Below, one piece after another: positions 55,745 through 64,000 of a stretch of 64,000 bases of DNA. The position numbers and the translations under genes were made by a program. The stretch is taken from positions 11,001 through 75,000 of the forward strand of contig JBCDFN010000012.1 in assembly GCA_039177935.1 (NCBI GenBank), read 5' to 3'. This DNA is from Pseudomonadota bacterium. GTDB taxonomy: Bacteria > Pseudomonadota > Alphaproteobacteria > Rhizobiales > Methyloligellaceae. Below the pieces are notes generated by a model. The model worked only from the letters and a program-made list of their open reading frames with translations. It was not told the origin of the DNA and ran no database searches. Position 1 is the first letter of the stretch. Each line of letters begins with the position of its first letter.

Positions 55745-57562
55745 TTGAAAGCCCCTATTTTGCTTCTGACCGCGGGACTCCTGCTCATGTCTGCGGGGGC
55801 CCTGGCGGACCCGAAAGGCGGGATTGCCATGCATGGCGATCCACTGGAGCCGGCTGATTTTTCTCATTTTTCCTACGCAAACCCGGACGCCCCCAAAGGC
55901 GGCCGTGCCCGGTTCGCTAAGCAAGGAACGTATGACAGCCTTAACCCGTTCATCGTGAAAGGCGTCTCGGCCGACGGGGTGCGCGAATATGTCTACGAAA
56001 CCCTGATGTCGCGGGCCCGTGACGAGCCTTTCTCGCTCTACGGGCTCATCGCCGAAAGTGTCGAAACGCCCCCTGACCGTGCCTGGGTTGAGTTTACCCT
56101 GAACCCTGCAGCCGCGTTTTCAGACGGGACCCCAATCACCGTTGAGGACGTGATTTTCTCTTACGAGGTGCTCCGGGACCGGGGCCGGCCCAATCATCGC
56201 TCATTCTACAAGAAGGTCACGAGGGCCGAGAAGAAGGGCGATCGTACTGTGCGCTTCACCTTCGATGACTCCGGAGACCGGGAGATGCCCCTGATTATGG
56301 GGCTTATGCCGATCCTCCCGAGCCACGTTCTGACCCCTGAGAGCTTTGAATTGACCACGCTCGACCCGCCGCTGGGCAGCGGCCCCTATGTCATGGATAC
56401 AGTCGATCCCGGGAAGACGCTCAGTTTCAAGCGCAACCCCAATTATTGGGGCCGCGATCTGCCGGTTAATCGCGGACTCTACAATTTCGATGAGATCCGC
56501 GTGGACTACTTCCGGGACGCCAGTTCGATGTTCGAGTCATTCAAATCGGGACTCGTTGATCTACGCGTTGAACTATCGCCCACACGCTGGGCGCAAGGCT
56601 ACAATTTCCCGGCCTTGCGCAACGGTTCGGTCGTGAAAGAGGCGCTGCCGATTGAAACGCCTGCCGGGATGTCCGCCCTGGTCTTCAATACGCGCCGGCC
56701 CGTGTTCGCAGACCCGAAGGTGCGTCAGGCCCTGATCCGATTGTTCGACTACACCTGGATCAACCGGACGCTGTATCACGACCTTTTCGCCTATTCGCAG
56801 AGCTACTTTGCGCGTTCGGAGCTCTCCTCACACGGCCGTCCTGCGGACACGACCGAGCGTAAGCTCCTGGCTCCCTTCCCTAATGCGGTGAAGCCAGAAA
56901 TCATGGACGGGACGTTCTCCTTTCCCGAAGGCGATGGGTCGGGACAAAATCGCGAGGGCCGTGTTGCGGCGCTAAAGCTTCTAGAGGAAGCGGGTTATGT
57001 CCTGAAAAACGGGACCCTCGTAAATGCCGAAACGGGAGAGCCTCTCACCTTTGAGATTTTAGCCCGAACACGAGGGCAGGAACGCTTGCTTCTCACCTAC
57101 GCCAATGCCCTGAAAGGGGTCGGCATCGACGTGCGCATCCGTCAGGTCGATTCAGCCCAATATGAGCGCCGCAAACAGACCTTCGACTTCGACATGATCC
57201 CCAACTATTGGGGCGCGTCTCTTTCGCCCGGCAACGAGCAGTCTTTCCGCTGGGGCAGCAAGGCTGCCAACACCCAAGGCTCCTTCAACCTTGCAGGCGT
57301 CGAGAATGAGGCGGTGGACGCCATGATCGCCGCCATGCTGGAAGCAAAGACGCGCGAAGATTTCGTCTCGGCGGTGCGGGCCTTGGACCGTGTTCTCCTG
57401 TCCGGCGACTACGTCGTGCCGCTGTTCTATCTGCCCGATCAATGGGTCGCGCACTGGACCCGGCTGCAGCGGCCAGAGGAGACGCCGATGTATGGCTACC
57501 AGATCGACACCTGGTGGTACGATCCAGCCGAGGACTCCCGTCGCCAGCCACAGAAGCCTTAG
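55745..57562 (+). CDS. ABC transporter periplasmic substrate-binding protein, family 5 (YejA/peptide-type)
   Basis: 605-aa ORF with a TTG start and the signal peptide MKAPILLLTAGLLLMSAGALA. The length and motifs are those of a family-5 SBP. No permease or ATPase gene lies adjacent. Confidence 0.85.
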   Translation: MKAPILLLTAGLLLMSAGALADPKGGIAMHGDPLEPADFSHFSYANPDAPKGGRARFAKQGTYDSLNPFIVKGVSADGVREYVYETLMSRARDEPFSLYGLIAESVETPPDRAWVEFTLNPAAAFSDGTPITVEDVIFSYEVLRDRGRPNHRSFYKKVTRAEKKGDRTVRFTFDDSGDREMPLIMGLMPILPSHVLTPESFELTTLDPPLGSGPYVMDTVDPGKTLSFKRNPNYWGRDLPVNRGLYNFDEIRVDYFRDASSMFESFKSGLVDLRVELSPTRWAQGYNFPALRNGSVVKEALPIETPAGMSALVFNTRRPVFADPKVRQALIRLFDYTWINRTLYHDLFAYSQSYFARSELSSHGRPADTTERKLLAPFPNAVKPEIMDGTFSFPEGDGSGQNREGRVAALKLLEEAGYVLKNGTLVNAETGEPLTFEILARTRGQERLLLTYANALKGVGIDVRIRQVDSAQYERRKQTFDFDMIPNYWGASLSPGNEQSFRWGSKAANTQGSFNLAGVENEAVDAMIAAMLEAKTREDFVSAVRALDRVLLSGDYVVPLFYLPDQWVAHWTRLQRPEETPMYGYQIDTWWYDPAEDSRRQPQKP

Positions 57563-57599
57563 AGCCTTTCAGGCGTAGGATTGAACCAATTCTGCGCGC

Positions 57600-57725
57600 G
57601 GTAATCCCTCCCCTTTAGGTGAGGGTGGCGAGCAACGCGAGCCGGGTGGGGTCTCGTCGTAGGCGGCAATCTGAGCCCGCCACCCGCTATGGCTCCGCCC
57701 CACCCTCCCCTCGCGGGACGGGAGT
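57600..57725. repeat. GC-rich REP-like palindromic intergenic element between the convergent SBP and mfd genes
   Basis: CCCTCCCCT-type arms occur twice, at 57606 and 57703. GAGGGTGG (57621-57628) is complementary to CCACCCTC (57700-57707). An internal hairpin GGCGG-N10-CCGCC lies at 57662-57681. Confidence 0.55.
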
Positions 57726-57736
57726 TGCGCATGGCA

Positions 57737-60700
57737 CTACGCCGCCTGCTTGCCTGCGCTCGCGATCTTGGCAACGTCCTTTAAGAAGTCACGGGCGCCA
57801 ATCAGCCTGTCTTCGGCACTCGGCCAATTGCCTCGGAAGATCAGCTTGTGATCGGGCTGTACCTTGGTCTTGCTTGCGTATCTGCTGATGAAGCGCATGA
57901 GACCTTCAGGATTTGCGAACTCGTTGTTGCGGAACGACACCACAAGCCCCTTGGGCCCAGCATCGATCTGCTCGACACCGGCCTGGCGGCACAGCCCCTT
58001 GATCTCCACCACATCCAGAAGGTGACGCACTTCGTCAGGCAACGGACCGAACCGGTCGATCAGCTCGGCCGCAAAGGCCTCGATCGCCTCATGGGTCTCG
58101 ACACCTGACAAGCGCCGGTAAAGACCAAGCCGCACCTGGAGATCCGGCACGTAGTCTTCAGGGATGAGCACTGCCGTACCGAGATTGATGCGGGGGCTCC
58201 ATTGGTCTTCGATCATGGCGCCGCCGCCCTCTCGGAGTGCGGCCACCGCCTCTTCCAGCATGGATTGGTAGAGTTCGAAGCCGACCTCGCGAATGTGGCC
58301 GGACTGTTCTTCGCCGAGGAGATTGCCTGCGCCGCGCAAATCGAGGTCGTGGCTGGCAAGCGTGAACCCGGCCCCCAACGTATCCAGCGACTGTAGTACC
58401 TTCAGACGCTTCTGCGCGGCCGGTGTAATCTTCGCATCGGCAGGGATCGTGAAGTAGGCATAGGCACGGATTTTCGACCGGCCCACGCGACCGCGGAGTT
58501 GATAGAGCTGCGCGAGACCGAACCGGTCCGCGCGCCAGACAATCAGCGTATTGGCGCTCGGAATATCGAGACCGCTCTCAACAATCGTCGTCGAAAGCAG
58601 CACGTCGTATTGCCGGTCATAAAACGCGTTCATGACGTCATCGAGTTCCGTCGAGCCCATCTGACCGTGCGCGCGTGCGACGCGCAGCTCTGGCACGTGC
58701 TCTTGGAGGAACGCGCCCGCCTCGTCGAGATCGGAAATACGCGGCACAACAAAGAATGTCTGCCCGCCACGGAACCGCTCTCGCAGCAGCGCCTCACGTA
58801 GCGTCATCGGATCGAACGGCGACACATATGTACGCACGGCGAGCCGGTCCACAGGGGGCGTCGCAATCAAGGACATCTCCCGCACGCCCGACATCGCCAG
58901 CTGCAATGTGCGTGGGATAGGCGTGGCGCTCAGCGTGAGCACGTGCACGTCGTCACGCAACTCCTTCAGGCGCTCTTTATGCTTCACGCCAAAATGCTGT
59001 TCTTCATCGATGATTAGCAGACCGAGATCCGCGAACTCGACTGACTTCCCAAGAAGCGCATGCGTGCCGATGACGATGTCGATGTCGCCCTTCTTGAGAC
59101 CTTCCTTGGTCGCACTCAGGTCCTTGCCGGACACGAGGCGTGAGGCTTGCGCAATGCGCACGGGGAAGCCTCGGAAGCGTTCCGTGAACGTATTATAGTG
59201 CTGCCGCGCCAGGAGCGTGGTCGGCACGACTACAGCAACCTGCTTGCCCGCCAGCACGGCTACGAGGCTTGCCCTGAGCGCAACCTCTGTCTTGCCGAAG
59301 CCTACGTCGCCACACACAAGCCGATCCATTGGCCGGCCGCTCGCCAGATCGTTCAACACCGCCGTGATGCTGGTCATCTGGTCCTCGGTTTCCTCATAGG
59401 GGAAGCGCGCAGCAAACTCTTGGTATGTGCCCTCTGGCGGCGTGAGAGATGGCGCGGTGCGCAATTCGCGCAAGGCAGCCACCTTGATGAGTTTCTCGGC
59501 CATGTCGCGAATGCGCTGCTTCAACTTCGCTTTGCGCGACTGCCAGGCCACGCCGCCGAGCTTGTCGAGGACAACACCCGCTTCGTCCGATCCGTAGCGG
59601 GTCAGCAGTTCGATATTCTCGACGGGCAGGTAGAGCTTGTCGTTGCCTTGGTAGTGCAGCTCCAGGCAGTCGTGCGGTTCGCCCGCCGCCTCGATCGTGC
59701 TGAGCCCCACGAAACGTCCGATCCCATGATCCGCATGGACAACAAGGTCACCGACTGTGAGGCTCGAAGCTTCTGTGAGCGCATCTGAGGCTTTGGGTTT
59801 GCGTGTTTTGCGGACCAAACGATCGCCGAGGATGTCTTGCTCGCCGATGACCGCGAGGCCAGCCGATTCAAAGCCCGTCTCGAGGGGGAGCACCGCAACG
59901 GAAACGGCATCGTGCGGCTGGGCCACCGCATCGGGGAAGGACTCAACACGTACCGTCCCCTCCAGGCCATGCTCAGTGAGTAAGGCTGCCAGCCGCTCGC
60001 GCGCGCCCGTGCTCCAACAGGCGACGATGACGATCTTCTTTGCCTCGATCAGCTTCTTCGTATGCGCAACGACCGCGTCGAACACGTTTGCGCCTTCGGT
60101 TTGCCGCTCCGGGGCGAACGATCGCCCTTGTCTGCCTCCAAAGGATACAATCGTGACGCCTTCCGCCGCGGGCCGCTCGAACGTATCGAAAGCGATTACA
60201 TGAGGCGCCACACCCAGGAGGCCCTGCCATTCCGTCTCGGTCAGAAACATGCTCTCGGCCGGCACTGGATGGTACGGCGGTGCGCCGAACGCTTTCCGCT
60301 CCAGGGCGTCGGCCCGCGCATCGTGGTGGTCGGCGACCTGTTCCAGGCGGCTCTCGCGCGCGTCGTCCGATAGCGGATCGAGTGTGACGACAGCACCTGG
60401 CAGATAATCGAACAGCGTCTCGAGCCGCTCGTGGAACAGTGACAGCCAGTGCTCCATGCCTTGATGCTGTTGGCCAGCCGAGATGGCCTCGTAAAGCGGG
60501 TCGTCCCCCGTCACTGGCCCGAACAGTTCCACATAGCGTTGGCGGAAACCGCGCCGTGCCTCGTCGGTCAGTGCAATCTCGCTCATAGGCAAGAAGTCGA
60601 CGGCATCGATCCGGGTTTCGGTGCGCTGTGTTTCGGGATCGAACGCGCGAATGGACTCTAGCGTATCGCCAAAGAAGTCGAGCCGGACAGGCTGACCACC

Positions 60701-61255
60701 CGGCGGATACATATCGAGAATGCCGCCTCGCACAGCGTACTGGCCCGCATCGGTCACAGTGCCTGAGCGCCCATAGCCGGCAGTCTCCAGCCGCTCAACG
60801 AGCTTTCCCATACTAAGGACGTTGCCAGCCCGTAGGCGGAGACTTGATGCTTCAATGAAGTCCCGCGGCGGAACGCGCTGGATCGCCGCATTCACGGAGG
60901 TCAGCAGGACAAGCGGCGCGCCCTCTCCCTCTTCCCGGCCTGCGAGTGCCGAAAGAGTCTCAATCCGGTCGGCGATGATTTCGGCGTTGGGCCCGACTCG
61001 ATCGTACGGAACGCTATCCCAGGCAGGGAATGTCAGAACCTTGATGTCGGGCGCGAAAAACCGAATGGCCTCTTCGAGGGTTGCAAGGCGCTGGCCGTCC
61101 CGGGCGACATGCAAGATCGGTGCGCCCGTGTGCCGGGCCAGCTCGCCGAGCAGCAATGCGTCCAGGCCCTCGGGAACTCCGCTGGCAATGGCGCGCTGCG
61201 TCGCCACCAGGCGGTCGACAGGAAGGGCTGGCAAAGAAGTTTCAGAACTCATCAC
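57737..61255 (-). CDS. mfd: Transcription-repair coupling factor
   Basis: 1172-aa ORF with the helicase motifs LVCGDVGFGKTEVA, DEEQHFGV and TATPIPRT, plus UvrB-homology and TRCF domains. Confidence 0.95.
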   Translation of the reverse strand: MMSSETSLPALPVDRLVATQRAIASGVPEGLDALLLGELARHTGAPILHVARDGQRLATLEEAIRFFAPDIKVLTFPAWDSVPYDRVGPNAEIIADRIETLSALAGREEGEGAPLVLLTSVNAAIQRVPPRDFIEASSLRLRAGNVLSMGKLVERLETAGYGRSGTVTDAGQYAVRGGILDMYPPGGQPVRLDFFGDTLESIRAFDPETQRTETRIDAVDFLPMSEIALTDEARRGFRQRYVELFGPVTGDDPLYEAISAGQQHQGMEHWLSLFHERLETLFDYLPGAVVTLDPLSDDARESRLEQVADHHDARADALERKAFGAPPYHPVPAESMFLTETEWQGLLGVAPHVIAFDTFERPAAEGVTIVSFGGRQGRSFAPERQTEGANVFDAVVAHTKKLIEAKKIVIVACWSTGARERLAALLTEHGLEGTVRVESFPDAVAQPHDAVSVAVLPLETGFESAGLAVIGEQDILGDRLVRKTRKPKASDALTEASSLTVGDLVVHADHGIGRFVGLSTIEAAGEPHDCLELHYQGNDKLYLPVENIELLTRYGSDEAGVVLDKLGGVAWQSRKAKLKQRIRDMAEKLIKVAALRELRTAPSLTPPEGTYQEFAARFPYEETEDQMTSITAVLNDLASGRPMDRLVCGDVGFGKTEVALRASLVAVLAGKQVAVVVPTTLLARQHYNTFTERFRGFPVRIAQASRLVSGKDLSATKEGLKKGDIDIVIGTHALLGKSVEFADLGLLIIDEEQHFGVKHKERLKELRDDVHVLTLSATPIPRTLQLAMSGVREMSLIATPPVDRLAVRTYVSPFDPMTLREALLRERFRGGQTFFVVPRISDLDEAGAFLQEHVPELRVARAHGQMGSTELDDVMNAFYDRQYDVLLSTTIVESGLDIPSANTLIVWRADRFGLAQLYQLRGRVGRSKIRAYAYFTIPADAKITPAAQKRLKVLQSLDTLGAGFTLASHDLDLRGAGNLLGEEQSGHIREVGFELYQSMLEEAVAALREGGGAMIEDQWSPRINLGTAVLIPEDYVPDLQVRLGLYRRLSGVETHEAIEAFAAELIDRFGPLPDEVRHLLDVVEIKGLCRQAGVEQIDAGPKGLVVSFRNNEFANPEGLMRFISRYASKTKVQPDHKLIFRGNWPSAEDRLIGARDFLKDVAKIASAGKQAA

Positions 61256-61279
61256 GTTACGCTAACTCGGCACGCCCCG

Positions 61280-61555
61280 TTACGGACGGGCGCCCGGAAA
61301 TTTGTGGTACTGGCGGATCAGGGTGATCAGTGTGTCCAGATCCTTGTCACCCAGCGAGTATCCCTCATAGACGGACAACTCAATTTCCGGGTCCTGCATC
61401 TCGATCAGGCGCTCCAGCACGGATATTTCATCGGCATTCATGCTGTCCACGGCATGCTCGGCGAAGCGGCCAAGCAAATGGTCCATTTCCTTGGTGCCTC
61501 TGTGAGAAGCCCGCCAAATCGCCCGGCGGCGGCGCATTCCAAGATCACTCGACAT
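61280..61555 (-). CDS. sdhE: FAD assembly factor SdhE (succinate dehydrogenase assembly factor 2)
   Basis: The ATG at 61555 gives MSSDLGMRRRRAIWRASHRGTKEMDHLLGRFAEHAVDSMNADEISVLERLIEMQDPEI. The track ORF 61280..61642 is over-extended. Confidence 0.85.
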   Translation of the reverse strand: MSSDLGMRRRRAIWRASHRGTKEMDHLLGRFAEHAVDSMNADEISVLERLIEMQDPEIELSVYEGYSLGDKDLDTLITLIRQYHKFPGARP

Positions 61556-61665
61556 GATCCAAGCTTCCAATCTTCGTTGCTGCGTTAGACAGAGCGGCCG
61601 TTTTGATGTCAAGACCGCAACATTCGACTTCAAGGCCGCCACGAATCGCTTGCTAGACTAGGCAC

Positions 61666-63858
<2,193 letters not shown>

Positions 63859-63888
63859 CCTTAAGCCCACCCTTTAAGGCCGACCTCT

Positions 63889-64000
63889 CTAGGCCGCCGT
63901 CTCTTCTTCCGTTGCCGGTCCCTTTTTCGCGGCGGCGCCTTTTGGCGTTAGAGGCTTTGATTTGCCCTCTTTCGCCTTGGCTTCGTCGGCAAGCTCCTTG
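63889..64000 (-). CDS. 3' end of an unidentified CDS entering from beyond the window
   Basis: Manual minus-strand translation reads ...KELADEAKAKEGKSKPLTPKGAAAKKGPATEEETAA*, with a TAG stop (complement of 63889-63891). Too short to assign. Confidence 0.35.
   Translation of the reverse strand, partial: KELADEAKAKEGKSKPLTPKGAAAKKGPATEEETAA

Overview
This is a GC-rich chromosomal window whose gene content and order look alphaproteobacterial, probably Hyphomicrobiales/Rhizobiales-like. I cannot name the organism from sequence alone. Most of the window is conserved housekeeping. On the minus strand it carries a truncated hppA and a long glyA-nrdR-ribD-ribE-ribBA-ribH-nusB-thiL string that ends in a clear intrinsic terminator. 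Next come an L,D-transpeptidase with an LdtR-like MarR regulator, then hemB, bpt and parC. A second minus-strand string runs rpoZ-rsh-DUF2062-pdxJ-acpS-lepB-rnc-era-(small ORF)-recO. The rest of the housekeeping set is folK, an NYN protein, a family-5 UDG, dapA-smpB, a large Slt-type lytic transglycosylase, ubiH, an LpxL-like acyltransferase, hspQ, ialB, mfd, sdhE and recG. The only accessory-looking stretch is about 39.2-51.5 kb. It starts at a tRNA-Ser(UGA) and holds two periplasmic sulfur-oxidation modules: flavocytochrome c sulfide dehydrogenase FccAB, and a SorA-like molybdoenzyme with a two-haem cytochrome. Between them lie a P-loop kinase, a CxxC protein, a patatin-like phospholipase, a Sel1-repeat protein and a GNAT. 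A pentapeptide-repeat protein and an OprO/P-type porin sit beyond the SorAB pair. I found no CRISPR array, transposase, integrase, prophage gene or recognisable defence system, and I cannot point to a convincing new multi-gene system. The observations most worth a second look are a peroxiredoxin-fold protein with no cysteine, coupled to smpB; two short tandem-repeat arrays at convergent gene junctions; a head-to-head kinase/CxxC-protein pair; a 0.55-kb gene-free stretch with a strong hairpin; a start-less open frame abutting the tRNA; and a candidate PHO box upstream of the porin. All calls rest on reading the supplied ORF translations and the DNA by eye. Family assignments come from remembered motifs, not from searches.
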